DNA of 64,000 bases, from NCBI RefSeq assembly GCF_006345805.1, contig NC_043004.1, positions 18,166,001-18,230,000 of the forward strand, given 5' to 3'. The DNA is from Octopus sinensis. Its lineage: Eukaryota. The notes under the pieces are model-generated. The model had not been told where the DNA came from. It saw only the letters and a program-made list of their open reading frames with translations, and did no database searches. Every line of letters starts with the position of its first letter. The first letter of the stretch is position 1. This document shows positions 12,170-25,813 of this stretch, one piece after another. The position numbers and the translations under genes were made by a program.

Positions 12170-13970
12170 ACAATCAGGTGATAAGCTGATGGAACCATTT
12201 GCATGTGACGCAAAGTGCTTAGCAGCATTTTGTCTGTATTTATGTTCTGAGTTCAAATATGGCTGCGGACAGCTTTGTCTTTCATCTTTCCAGGGTTGAT
12301 AAAATAAGTAAACAGTAGATCACTGAGGTGGGGGGTGGGAGGGTCAATGGAATCGACTTACCCCTACCCCAAAATTGCTGGCCTTGTGCCAGAAATTGAA
12401 ATCATAGAAACGTGGTGAGCTGACAGAATCGTTAGCATGCTGGGCAAAATGCTTGGCAGCATTTCAATGGTCTTTGTGTTCTGTGTTCGAATTCTGATTA
12501 AGTCGAATTTGCTTTTCATCCTTTCGGGGTTGATAAAATGAGTAACAGTTGAACACTGGGATCGATGTAACCAGCTTACCCCTCAGCTGGACCTGCTGGT
12601 TTTGTGCCAAAATTTGATAACAATATGAATAATATTAGTGAGGAGGTGGGAGAATCATTAGCACAAAGAGCAAAACGTGTTCTGTATTCAAATTCTCCCG
12701 AGGTCGACTTTCATTCTTTTTGGGTCTTTCATCCTTTTGAGGTCGATAAAATAAGTACCAACTGAGTGCTGGGGTCGATGTAACTGACTAGTCCCCTTCT
12801 CCTAAATTACTGGAGGCACAAGGCCTCCTGAGTCAATCAAAATCAAATGGAAATTGTAGTTGTGGCTGATGCCAGTGCCACCTGACTGGCTCCCGTGCTG
12901 GTGGCACACAATAAGCACCATTCATGCATGGGTCATTGCCAGTTAGGAAGGGTATCCAGCTGTAGAAACTCTGCCAGATCAGATTAGAGCCTGGTGAGGT
13001 CTCTTGGCTTGCCAGTTCTCAGTCAAATTGTCCAACCCATGCCAGCATGGAAAAAGTATGTTAAACGATGATTATTATTATTATTATTATCATTATTAAT
13101 ATTATCATCATTATTATTAAGGCGGCGAACTAGCAGAAATGTAAGCAAGCCGGGTGAAATACTTCGTTGTATTTTGTCTGCTGCTACGTTCTAAGTTCAA
13201 ATTCTGCCAAGGTCGCCTTTGCCTTTCATCCTTTTGGGGTCAATAAATTAAGTACCAGTTACACACTGGGGTTGATGTAATCGACTTAATCCCTTTGTTT
13301 GTCCTTGTTTGTCCCCCTCTATGTTTAGCCCCTTGTGGGCAATAAAGAAATAAGAATCATTTGCATGCCGGATGAAATGCTTAGCGGCATTTCATCTGTC
13401 TTTATGTCCTGAGTCCAAATTCTGCCATGGTTGACTTTGTCTTTCATCCTTTTGGGGGTCAATGAAATAAGTACCAGTTGAGTACTGGGGTTGATGTAAT
13501 CAGCTTACTCCCCTCCTTCAAGCTTGCTAGCTTTGGGACTCAATTTCAACCAATATGAATACAATAAAGAGGTGAACTTGACTAAGATAAAACGTATTAA
13601 ACTTTGGTGTGAGGGAAGGAAATTGGGGTTAAATCTCAAATTATGTGGAAATGATAACATGTGTATGCATATGAATGTGAAGACCTCATAAGATGTGTGT
13701 GTGTGTGTAGGTGGAAAGCACATAATCATAGTTAAGAGCGTATATGTATACACACATATATACACTTAATATATAAGGTGGCAAGCTGGCAGAATCGTTA
13801 GCATGCTTGGCAAAAAGCTTAGTAGTATTTATTCCGTCTTCATGTTTTGAGTTCAAATTCTGTGAGGGTCAACTTTGCCTGTCATCCTTTCAGGGTTGAT
13901 AAAATAAGTACCAGTTAAACACTGGGGTTCATGTAATCAACTTGCCCCTTTGCCAAAATTTGAAACCAAT
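12170..13970 (+). mobile_element. Head-to-tail cluster of at least six SINE family A copies plus an RTE tail fragment
   Basis: ttctgagttcaaattc / ttcatcctt..gggg.tgataaaataagtacc motifs recur, all on the plus strand. Confidence 0.8.
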
Positions 13971-15171
13971 ATGTAAGTACAAGGTTAATATATAAGCACA
14001 GGAGTTTTGCGAATTTTATCATCATCATCATCAACAGTATTTTAGATCTGTTTCCTATGTGGATATAAACTAGACAGGTGCTTATGATTCAAGTCCTGTC
14101 TTAATGCCCTCATTGATTGGGGGTCATACATGTTGTTCTAGATTATATTAGTTGTGAAAAACATTCATATGTACACAGATATAAAACACACACACACATG
14201 CATGCACACTATCGTTATTGTTATTATCATCAACCCATGGGCCTTACTGTCTTGATTCCTAAGAGATATCAGGTTGGTAACCTGGTTTCTATAGTGTATA
14301 AGTAACAGAGACACAACATTGGCCTCTGAACAGAAGGCCAGTCCATTGCATGGTTACTCATTTACAGCTGAGTGGAGTGGGCCAAATTGAAACAAAGTGT
14401 TTTGCTCAAGAACACAACACACTGCCAAGTCCAGGTATTGAAACCACAATCTTATGATAATGAGTGCAACACCCTAACCACTACGCCATGAACCTACACA
14501 CACACACATACATACACACAGAAACTAGATTCTGCGCTTGAATGAGTATGAATGTGTACAAATATATATTAACATGTGGACGTATAAATATAAGGTGTGT
14601 TTACATGTACATGTGCATTTGTGTATGTGAGGGGCGAGACAGTGAGAGAGAGAGAGAGAGAAGCAGTGTACTTAATAGTAAAATGATTAAATTCATTGAA
14701 CGAGCCAGTTGGTTCAAAGAGATAGCTTATGTGGTACATAATTGATTCCTCTTGACAAGAACAATAGACTTAAAAGTGACACAGTGCAATCAGTGATTGA
14801 GAGGCTGTTGTTGCTACTGCGCAGGACCAGGTCGATTGATTGAATGCTTTAGTCCACAGTGAAATACAAAGTGAAAAGTAAAACTTCATTCTCTCATCTC
14901 ACTTAGTGCAGCATGCTATCAATATCTAATTCTTATAATGCCTCCAGAGCAACAATGCTAAGTCAACAATAAATTACATTTTGAACAGCTCCATGGCATT
15001 TGTGGGTCAAAAGTAGACAAGCACTCACACATACACATTGTCATCATCATCATCATTTTATTGCCCACTTTCCGATGCATTTTCTACAGCCAGATGCCTT
15101 CCCTGTTGTCAGCCCTCTTTTGTTTCCAAGTGAGGCATTATCTCCATAGCCAGACATTTTTTTCATAGAAT

Positions 15172-15614
15172 ATTCTTTTCCTCTCTAGGCACAAGACCCG
15201 AAATTTGGTGGAGGGCAGTTGATTAGATCAACCCCAGTACACAACTGGTACTTAATTTATCAACCTCAAAAGGATGAAAGGCAAAGTCGACCTTAGTGAA
15301 ATTTGAACTCAAACCATAAAGACAGATGAAATACTGCTAAGCATTTCGCCCGGCATGCTAACATTTCTGCCAGCTAGCCACCATAAATGGAATTAAATAA
15401 TTCTTTTCTACTCTAGCAATAAGGCCCAAAATTTTTGGAGAGGGGGCCAGTGGATTAGATCAATCCCAGTATGCAACTGGCACTTAATTATCAACCCCAA
15501 AAGGATGAATGGCAAAGTCGACCTTAGCGGAATTTGAACTCAGAATGTAAAGACAGACAAAATACCACTAAGCATTTCACCCGGCACGCTAACGTTTCTG
15601 CCAGCTTGCCGCCT
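15172..15614 (-). mobile_element. Two tandem SINE family A copies
   Basis: Two consecutive about 220-bp copies containing aaggatgaa.ggcaaagtcgacc...atttgaactc. Confidence 0.8.
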
Positions 15615-15790
15615 TTTTTCATAGAATATTGAAAAGGAACAACATTCAATTACAACATTCATGTAAAGTCAAGACAAGGAGGTTCAGACATACATCTATA
15701 GACATACGTGTGACATGTATGTACATATGTACCAACATAATGGTGGTGCCCCAGCATGGCCACAGCTTTCAAGCTGAAACTAGTTACAGT

Positions 15791-15829
<39 letters not shown>

Positions 15830-16036
15830 TGGACATCTTTTAGTTTCTGTTTAGCAAATCTACTCACAAGGCTTTCGTCAACCAGGTCAGCTTGGCTGTA
15901 ATAATATACACTTGTCCAATCTGCCCTGCACTGGTATTGAACCGAAAACCATGTGACTGAGAAGAAAACTTCTGAATTACATACCCACACCTACCACTTA
16001 TAAAGTAAGCAATATGCATAAAATTTATGAAAGCAC

Positions 16037-16099
<63 letters not shown>

Positions 16100-16571
16100 T
16101 ATAAAAATGTGCACATACATATGCACACATATATATAAACAGCGATTCAAAAACTTATGAGATTTAGATTGAATCCTCTTAGGAATTTTGAAATCTAAAT
16201 CATATTTGTTTCATCTACACTCAACAATTCATTTTAACTCATTCTGGTATCGAGCCTCTTGAGACTGCCTCTGGGTCTTTAATACAAAGCTAAATTGTTT
16301 TAAAGAGTTCAATATTTAAATTGAAGCTTTTGTTACACTATTTCTGCTAAAATACACTGCCTTTGTTTCACTTAATTTGGAAAACAATGGAGAATTTCTA
16401 ACAATAAGTCTTTCATTATTAATATGGTGTTTGGAACATAAATTAACACACAATATTGATGGAAGATTTTAATTTAGAACATTTGAACACATAAAGTTTA
16501 TATCAGAACCAGGAGCAGTCTCAGTGGAGTTAGTACCAAAACAGTTGGACTTTTCAGTCATAATGTTTATA

Positions 16572-16777
16572 TGAGGGGGTGCTGAAACATTCCTGGTTTT
16601 AAGGGGGTTGCAAAAGGCCTGGTTGGAGGCCCAACTTTTACAGGGCTTAAGAAAACTGAAGGACTGCTGCAATAAGTGTGTGAATCTGAGATGGGAACAT
16701 GTTGAATATAATCATTATTAACTGATTCTCCTGTATTTTCTTTTACCCAAAGCCAGGAACTTTACAGTAACCCTTCT
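16572..16777 (+). mobile_element. Mariner-derived MITE
   Basis: TIRs tgagggggtgctgaaacattcctggtttt / aaagccaggaactttacagtaacccttct with TA flanks; retains the transposase C-terminus GLKKLKDCCNKCVNLRWEHVE. Confidence 0.8.
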
Positions 16778-16894
16778 TACAAGAACTTTTCTGCTAAATT
16801 ATTTTCTATCTATAAAGTTTAGTATTTGAATAAATTATAAAAGAACCAATTGATTAATTAAATCCCTGCACAGTCTTGAAATTTGGGTAAAGCC

Positions 16895-17130
16895 ACACAA
16901 AACACAGAAGAGAGAAAATGAAATAAATATAGGAGCCTGATTGGCCACTATCAGTTTGTGCCAGTCACTGTCAAGACTTTGGGTGTTCTTAAATCCTGCA
17001 CTGCCAATTTCCACTGCAAAATTGGGACAACTGCAGCTTGTCTGGAAAATGAACCTTGCGAGGTGGGATGGCTACAGCAGTGAGTGTTGTTGGCAATTCT
17101 CCATGGCAACGTTATCATGGTCATGTTTGC
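16895..17130 (+). mobile_element. 3' fragment of a CRE-like (restriction-like endonuclease) non-LTR retrotransposon
   Basis: Reads KYRSLIGHYQFVPVTVKTLGVL...EVGWLQQ*VLLAILHGN, the RLE C-terminal pattern KY..L...Y.F.P..ET.G...QR.S.A..RGN. Confidence 0.7.
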
Positions 17131-18744
17131 AGGGTATGGCTGAACATGCCATTTGGTCTGGAGTGTACCCACTCCCCACCCATCTTCTACTGCTTAATCT
17201 ATGACCCCTTTATTTTCTTTTTCTTTGTTTCCTTGTAATTAAATTGGGATTCACTCTTTATGTAAATAAATCATAGGTCTTAAAAGATTACAAAATTAAC
17301 TGAAAAACATAGACAATGTATTTCGTTAGAAGCATGATGACAAAAGGGTTAATTATTTTTCTGGGATTTGGTGATTGGCATAGGAACAGAAGGCATCATT
17401 TAACCAAATGTAAGATGTTAGGATTTCTAGAACTACAGGCGACTACAAATGGAAAAGTTATGCTTTTGTTGTCACAAAAAAAGCCTCCATTGTGAAGGTT
17501 TCTCTGTAAGTCAGAGAATGGGATTTCTTTTGCTTTGGTTACAGCATTGTTTACCATATTTTGGGGTTTATTTTCATTTCCAAAGGAGAATTTTTAGTTC
17601 TACCAGTTGTTTCTTTCATCTATTTTTTTATCTGTAACTATTGAATATATATGTCCTGCCATATGAAAATGGATGTTCCTTTTAATGTAGAATTGAAGGC
17701 AAAGTCTAGAAGTTTAAGTTTGGATGAAGGTCCTTGCAGAAAAACCTTCCGTAATTCCTAGAATGTCCATAAAACAAAATACCCCTTTATTTCCATAGTG
17801 AGCTGGATCGATTTATTAATTCAAGGAGTGGTGTGTGTGTGAGTGTGTGTGTGAAAGATCAGCATCATTTAACCTCCTTTTCCATGCTGGCATGACAAGA
17901 ACAGATGAGCCAGAAGGCTCTGTCAGGTCCTACGCCTGCTTTGGTATGCTTTCTATACCTGGATGCCCTTCCAAATGCTAAACACTTAAAATATACAAGG
18001 TGTTTTTTTTATGTGGCCCCAGCACCGGTGAGGTCGCCAAATATCTACAAGAACCCTCAAATGAGTGAAGTATAGACTGGAGGGATAAGAAGTTACGATA
18101 TAGAGAAAGGAGCAAGTGTCTTGTTGAAAAAGTGAATACATGGCTTGCCCACCTGGAAAGTGAGAGAGAGAGAAAGAGAGAGAGAAAGAAAAAAAGAGAT
18201 GGGAAGTCCAGGTACAATGTGAATAAAAGACAGAATAGGATTACACACACAATCTTTCTCTCTCTCACACACACACAGTAAATAGAGCATACTTCAAGTC
18301 ATCTTGAAATGGTTAAAGACTTTGAGCATGATTTCCATTGAGAATATCTTTTATCTTATAATCGATGGCCAATATTGCCCAGAAGTGGGATTCGTCGTAA
18401 CACTATCACTAAAACAACAAATAACAGCTTGTTATTAACTCAACGAGTAGTTAACATTGTTGTAAATATTGCTTTAAGAGTAAAATCAACATTGTGCCAC
18501 TGCCGCCACTTTCTGCGTTTCACAACAAACCAGGAAGATGGGTTGGAAAACATTTCTATCAAACCCTACTCCGGATGACATCATTTACATAACATGGGTA
18601 GATGCAGGAGTTAGGGTTAGGGTGGTTAAAAAGCTTGCTTCGCAACCATATTGGTTTCTTGTTCAGTCTACAGCCTTTAGACAATCAAAGCCCTGTGAAT
18701 GGATTTGGTGGATGGAAACTGAAAGAAGCCCATTGTAAATACAG

Positions 18745-18795
<51 letters not shown>

Positions 18796-18920
18796 TGTGC
18801 ATGTATGAATGTTTGTGTCTATTAATCGTCACACACATACACACAGAATGTTTTGCTTATACACCGAATTTGCTATGGGATAGTATCTGGGGTAGCTGTC
18901 TACACAATGCTGAGCATTAG

Positions 18921-19142
18921 CCCTTTCAATACCAACCCGGCTGAAACCAGCTCTGGCTCTGTAGTACAAACGTCTTATTTACACAAATTCTGAATTAAAA
19001 TCTTCCACCAAACCTTAGACACATTTAATGTTCCTAACACTAGCTGAATGATAACGAAGTTATTTTACTAAGTTCTTTGTTATATTTAAAATTAATTGAA
19101 AGGATCATAGAGCATCTTATCAGAAATATAGTCATGAAAGGG
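18921..19142. mobile_element. piggyBac-like MITE
   Basis: ccctttcaatac...gtcatgaaaggg termini with TTAG/TTAA flanks; reverse copy of 20339-20559. Confidence 0.8.
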
Positions 19143-20338
19143 TTAAAGAACACCTGAATGTCATAGCCAAAATGAGACAACTCACCTCGGATTGAATCCA
19201 AGAGTGGTAGATATCGATATTTTGTCTGTGTGTGTGCATGTACTTATGTCTCCCCGTCTTCATATTGTATAATAGCCATAAAGGAGAATAGCTATCATAT
19301 GAGCAGTGTCATTTCTTTCCAATATTCTGCAAAAACATACCTGGTCAAGGGGAAATATTAACTTGCTGTGAAACAGGTAAGGGCTGACAACAGGAAAGGG
19401 ACCCAACCATAAAAAAATCTTGCTTTAATAAATTCTGTTTGACCCATGCAAGGATGGAAAATTAAACATTAAATGATGAGGATTGTTTCATGCTTTCAAT
19501 GACAACGGGAAAAACCATCAGTTTTTGGAAATAATAAGTCTGATTTTCAACAGAGCTGTTTCTAATATGCAACAGTCCAAAAGTGACGAACCAGCAGAAC
19601 CATTCACATGCTGGGCAAAATGCTCAACAGCATTTCATCTGTCTTTACGTTCTGAGTTCAAATTTTGCCAAAGTCAACTTTACCTATCATCCTTCTGGGG
19701 TTGATAAAACAGGTATCAATTGAGCATTGGGGTTAATGTAATTGACTTGCCCTGTCCCTCGAAATTACTGGCTGTGTGCCAAAATTTGAAACCAAAAAGT
19801 AATAGTAAGAATGGAGGGGCAGAGTTAGTAGAAAATGAAATGCTAATTTGGAACAAATTGCAAAAAACATTTGTTGTTTCAATATTCAACAAGGCAACCC
19901 TATAATTAGATGCCATAAATTTCACAAGATAATCTTGAGATAGCAGAAAAGTAATAAAAAGAAACTATTAACATTTTCTCATAAACTATAAAATTACACT
20001 TCTCTGTTCTATTTGTATCAGTTTCTACTTTTTTGTTCCTTTAATCAAATGCAGGTGTAGCAATAAGTTTGCTTCCAAACCACATGGCTTTGAGTACAGT
20101 CCCAAGAGTCTTCTACTATAGCCCCAGGCTAATCAAAGCCTTGCAGTTGGATTTGGTAAATGAAAACTGAAGGAAGCAAGCATGCATGTATGTCATTATT
20201 TGGCTTTTTGTTTCAAGATTTCTTGCCAATAGGAAAAGAGCTGATTTCTGACCTCAGTCCCACAACAAGGTATTTTGCATGTATGTGTGTGTGTATGTAC
20301 TTATGTATGTAGGTTCTCGTCTGTTTTTAATGAATTAA

Positions 20339-20559
20339 CCCTTTCGTTACTGTATTTATTTTGAGATGCTCTGTGTTTCTTTCAATTACTTTAAATATAA
20401 CAAAGAATTTTAGTAAAATAACTTAGTTATCATTCAGCTAGTGTTAGGAACATAAATTGTGACTGAGTTTTGGTGGAAGATTTTGATTCAAAACTTATGA
20501 AAACAAGACATTTGTACTCAAAGCCAGAGCCAGTTTCAGCCAGATTGGTAATGAAAGGG
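20339..20559. mobile_element. piggyBac-like MITE
   Basis: TTAA|ccctttcgttac...gtaatgaaaggg|TCAA. Confidence 0.82.
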
Positions 20560-21805
20560 TCAAATTCTTCCTCTGGGGGAGGAGCTTGTTTCTAGCAAAG
20601 ACACAAAACTCCATCATAACAAAAATGATGTCACATTTTACATTTGAGAAAAGTCTTGCATATTCTGACTGTTCCACTTAGAAATTGTAATTGTAATGCC
20701 CAAGTTAGTTGGTTGATTTCTTTTTCTGGAAACCCTAGCTTATCCAGATTTTCACTCAGGCATTTACTCACAAAACCAAGTGCATAAATTATTACTGGTA
20801 TAAATATGGATTTATACCAATAATAATTGGTGTATAAATTCTGGGTATAGAAGCTGGAGCTTTCAAAGCAACTGTCTGTGGTTATCCACTTTCTCTTTGG
20901 TTTACATAGAGATATTCACATCAGCAGGACAGATAGCTTCTATGATGGTACATACCTTTTCTTATCTGTCCTAAACAACGATATCCAGCCTCTTATATTT
21001 ACACTTGACAGAAATTCTGGTGGGAATATTCCACCTGTATTCCTTTTGATGATTGATTGATCGATTGATTGATGGATGGATGTTACTGTCTCCTTGCCTT
21101 GATATCACATGATAGTTGTAAGTAAGTGTCACCATTACACAAGTGGTGTCCTTAATTTCCACTCATCTATGAAACACATTTGGCCATGGGGAAATATTAC
21201 CTTATTTGGAAACAGGTGAAGATGGTTGAGATTCACTTTAACAAATTCCATCCAACCCATGCAAACATCAAGAAGTGGATATCAAAATGATGTTGATAAT
21301 GATGATATCATCCTGTCTGAGACTGCAATCCATTTCTCTGATATAAAACTCATTAGTTTTAAAGTATTCTATATTTAAATTAAAACCATCAGTCATAAAT
21401 CAATACAAGAAATTGTTCTTAAGTCCTCAACACCAGTTCAATATAAAAATATCTGTGGCTGTGTGGTGAGGAGTTTGCTTCTCTCTACACACACACATAT
21501 ATATATATACATACATATAAATCATGGATAAAAATTAGATATTCTCTGTATAGAATACACTTAGAAGTGCTCAAGAAGATTAAACTTGAGTAGGTATAGA
21601 AGTAAATGTAAGGTTGAGCAAGTTAGACAGATCAATATATAAAGTTTTACTATATTAAAACATGAAACACAAGGAATGTCTACAAAAGATGTATATATGT
21701 TTACAGACAAAAATGTTCGATTACACAGAATACAAATGAAATAGAGGATTAAAGGGATTGGGGAAAAGTGTTACAAATTCAACAGCTATTTCTGGGGTCT
21801 CAGAG

Positions 21806-22027
21806 GTCCAAAATAATGTTTGTAGATTGATTCCATCATAGGGTGAGATGAGCCTCCATCTTCAGGGAAGAAATCTTACATTTGAGATGTTAAAAGAGAA
21901 AACTTCAAAGAAGGAATTCCATCTTTGACCTTCTTTTCTATAACACCTCAAATGTAAAAACTATTCCCTGAAGACGGAGACTCATCTCATCCTATGATGG
22001 AATCAGTCTACAAACATTACATTGGAC
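21806..22027. repeat. About 220-bp imperfect palindrome centred on GGAATTCC; Penelope-like terminal-repeat relic
   Basis: Arms are reverse complements (aatgtttgtagattgattccatcatagg / cctatgatggaatcagtctacaaacatt); both arms carry CTGAAGA. Confidence 0.8.
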
Positions 22028-22029
22028 TG

Positions 22030-22497
22030 CCAAGCATTGACCATGTTCAGATGGTGCTCTTTATGTGCCACCGGCACAGGAAGCCAGTCTGGCAGCACTG
22101 GCATTGACCCACACATGAATGGAGCTTATTGCATGCCACCAGTAGGGGAGCCAGTCAGGTGGAACTGGTATCAGCCACAACTACAATTTCGATTTGATTG
22201 AGATTCTGATTTTGATTTTACTTGACTCAATAGGTTTCCTCAAGCACAGTAATGATCAAGCATAGCCTGATGATACAAAGGTACTTTTTAAAGGGCCTGA
22301 TTATGTGACACTGGTATAGGCTACGGCTGTGATCTCACTTTACTGATCAGGTCTTCTCAATCACAGTATATCACCAGACATCTCGGTCTCTTGTCATTGC
22401 CTCCGTGAGGCCCAATGTTCAAAGGTCGTGCTTCACCACCTCATCCCTTGTCTTCTTGGGTCTCCCTCTTCCAAGGGTTCCTTCCACTGTCAGGGAA
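22030..22497 (-). mobile_element. Degenerate RTE LINE 3' fragment
   Basis: Minus strand reads SLTVEGTLGRGRPKKTRDEVVKHDL*TLGLTEAMTRDRDVW, followed by 3' UTR repeat units. Confidence 0.8.
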
Positions 22498-23813
22498 CGT
22501 TTTTTATAACATAAATCCTAAAATCTGCCAAATACATCTTGTGTGTGCTACTCATTCCACACACACATCATCTTTTATCTGTTTCAATCATTGAGCTGTG
22601 ACCATACTGGAGCACCACTTTGAAGGTTTAGTCAAACAAGTTGACCCCAGCATTTATTTTCCAAAGCTTGGTGCTCACTGTATCATTCTCTTTTGTGAAA
22701 CCACTAAGTTACAGGATTGTAAACAAATCAACAGTGGACTGGTTGTCAAGTGTGTGTGGGTGGGGGGGGGCGATACAAACAAATATATATTCACACACAC
22801 ACAAACACCCCCACACACCTATACAAATATAACAGGATTCTTTCAGTTTCCATCTACCAAATCTACTCAAAAGTCTTTGGTCAGTACAAGGCTATAATAG
22901 AAGACACTTGCCGAAGGTGCCATGCTGTGGAACTGAACCTGGAACCATATGGCTGAGAAGTAAGCTTCTTAACAACACCTTCATACCTGTGTGTGTGTGA
23001 TAGATGTCCATTTGACTGCCTTTGCACTAAAATTACAGATGTAGTACTTCCATGAGATGTTCTTTCATAATGAAGAAGATATCTGAGAATATGGCAAGGC
23101 GAAGGCACCGCTGCCTTGTTATCAACACCACTTGAATGAAGGAAAGACACAGCCATGCAGTTTACACATGTACACACACACACATGCATGCATGCACACA
23201 CATAGGGAATAGGAAGAGTGAAACAAGGAAAACAGTAGAGAGAGAGGATGTGCCAGGAGAGAGAGTGTGCATGTAAGAGAGGTAGTCTTTGTGCATGAAG
23301 AGATGAAAACACAATGATAATGAGAGGGAGGGAGAGAAAGAGAGATACAGGAGAGAGAGAGATATATGGGAGAGAGAGAGATACATAAGGAGAGAGATAC
23401 AGGGGAGAGAGAGATATACAGGAGAGAGAGAGAAAGATACAGGAGAGAGACAGCAGAGTGAGAGAGAGAGAGAAAGAGAGAGCTACATGAGGAGAGAAAT
23501 ACAGGGGAGAGAGAGATACAGAAGAGAGACATACATAAAAGAGAGAGAGATACAGGAGAGAAAGATAGAAAGGGAGAAATACAGAAGAGAAATACAAGAG
23601 AGAGAAACAGAGGGGAGAGAGAGAGAAGTGCAGAAGAATGAAAAGCAACAAAAAGAGAAGAGAAAGAGAGAGAGCATGTGGTTGTGATTGTGTGTGGAGT
23701 GTGTGCATGTTGAATAAGTGTGAAAGAATAAAGGTGGAAGAAGACAAAGAAAAAGTGAGAAGTAAAAATAAACAAATAAATAAATAAAAAGTATGTTTTG
23801 AGAGATTTCTTAC

Positions 23814-23887
23814 CGTGAAAATATGGAATAACTTCAACATGGAGCAATGCAGGTTGGATATTTAGATGGCTTTTGTCAACTGTACAC
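23814..23887 (-). CDS. NBEAL1: Neurobeachin-like exon: (K)CTVDKSHLNIQPALLHVEVIPYFH
   Basis: Acceptor ttgctctccag, donor cacg|gtaaga; 74 nt (1+72+1). Resembles NBEAL1 [23 protein letters not shown]. Confidence 0.9.
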
Positions 23888-23921
23888 CTGGAGAGCAAGA
23901 AGAAAACAGAGTAATAATATT

Positions 23922-24258
23922 TATTTATCTATTGCTCACAGAGGACAAACAAGGACAGACAAAGGGATTAAGTCAATTACATCGACCCCAGTGCGTGCCT
24001 GGTACTTGTTTAATCGACCCCGAAAAGATGAAAGGCAAAGTCAACTGCGGTGGAATTTGAACTCAGAACGTAGCAGCAGACAAAATACTGCTAAGCATTT
24101 CGCCCGGCGTGCTAACGTTTCTGCCTGCTCGCCGCCTTTAAATTATTTCTTTAGTGCCCACAGGGGGTTAAACATGGAGGGGACAAACAAGGACAGACAA
24201 AGGGGTGAAGTCAATTACATTGACCCCCAGTGTGTAACAGGTACTTTTGCCACCTTAT
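23922..24258 (-). mobile_element. SINE family A insertion (one full + one partial copy) with a 15-bp target-site duplication
   Basis: cagagtaataatatt at 23907-23921 and 24259-24273. Confidence 0.85.
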
Positions 24259-24704
24259 CAGAGTAATAATATTATAGAGACAATGAGGAAATCTCTACAG
24301 AGACACAGCAACTGCTGGAAAAAGAAACCAAATTCTCCCTCAAATCAAACACATCTTTAAAATAAGGAAAGAAATGTTGGATATGTAAATCAAAATCATT
24401 CATCATCATCACAGCATGAGACAATTGGGCACAGCTGTTTGAACACTGATGATTTGGCGTGGCTGACTGGACATTCAGCCTGTTTTGATGATGAGTACTT
24501 TTGACACTGGAGACAAACAAACACATACACATACATACACACACAAACATGCATATGTGTGTGTGTGTGTGCAGAAATATAGTCATACTGATAGAAAATA
24601 AGTGACATAATTTCTCTCTCATCATAAACATAAAAGAGAAACCTGTTCATACACAAAAATAGAGAAAGTGAAGGGAGGGAGAGAATGAAAGAAAAATCAA
24701 ACAT

Positions 24705-25085
24705 AGGCACAGCAGTGGCTGGGTGGTAAGTAGCTTGCTTACCAACCACATTGTTCCAGGATCAGTCCCGCTGCATGGCACCTTGGGCAAGTGTCTGTTA
24801 CTACAGCTTTGGGCTGACTAAAGCCTTGTGAGTGGGTTTGGTAGATGGAAACTGAAAGAAGCCTGTCGTATGTGTGTGCGTGTCTGTGTTTGTCCCCACC
24901 AACATTATTTGACAACCGATGCTGGTGTGTTAATGTCCCCGTAACTTAGCAGTTCGGCAAAAGAGACCAATAGAATAAGTACTGGGCTAACAAAGAATAA
25001 GTCCCGGTGTCAATTTGCTCGACTAAAGGCGGTGCTCCAGCATGGCCGCAGTCAAATGACAGACAAGTACAAGAGTGAAAAGAGT
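24705..25085 (+). mobile_element. SINE family B, full length
   Basis: Head gtggctgggtggtaagtagcttgc, CORE-like ccttgggcaagt, tail (aagagt)n. Confidence 0.82.
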
Positions 25086-25813
25086 AATATGATGTCAAAA
25101 AAATAAGCATCAAATCAGCAACGCCAAAACAGCTGTGCCAAGAGAGCTGTACCTTTATCATCATTAGATGATTTGCTTATAGTGATCAAATGTTTGTGTA
25201 GACATAAGCTCACTCCCTCCATCAAATCAGCATTACCTGTACAGGTGCAACTGGGTGCCACATGTCAGATGATGAAATGATTGCAGAGCAACATAAAATG
25301 AAGTGCTTTGCTCAACAACACAACACAACGCCTGGCCTGGGAATAGAACCGACAATCTCACAATCATGAGCGCAACACCCTAACCACTAAGCCATGCTTT
25401 TCCATCTTCTGTGTTGACATATGGGGTGGACAGTTTGACAAATGCTGGTAAGCCAGAGGATTGCACCAATGAGACCTGTGCGTGTGTGTGTGTGCGTGTT
25501 ATTCTCTTGATATTGTGCAATGTAAACAAATGTCATTCATGTCCAATATTCTATGGAAAGAGGTGACCATCAGGAAATATTACCTTGCTTCAAACCAGGT
25601 TAAGGACTGGCAACAGGAAGGGCATCTGACTGTTGAAAATATGCTTCAATAAGCTCTGTCTGATCCATGCAGGCATGGAAAAATGGACGTCATGATGATA
25701 TATATGTTAAGAATTATAGGTGAAAGGGTGGCTACATGGTTAAGAAGTCCACATCCAAATCACATGGTCTAGGGTTTAGTTCCACTAAATGACACTAAAT
25801 GCAAATGTTCTGT

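Noticed and set aside
22881-23813. Long ORFs of 319 and 258 aa on the minus strand
   Set aside because: They are translations of (CT)n/(GA)n low-complexity DNA; only 23814-23887 is a real exon.
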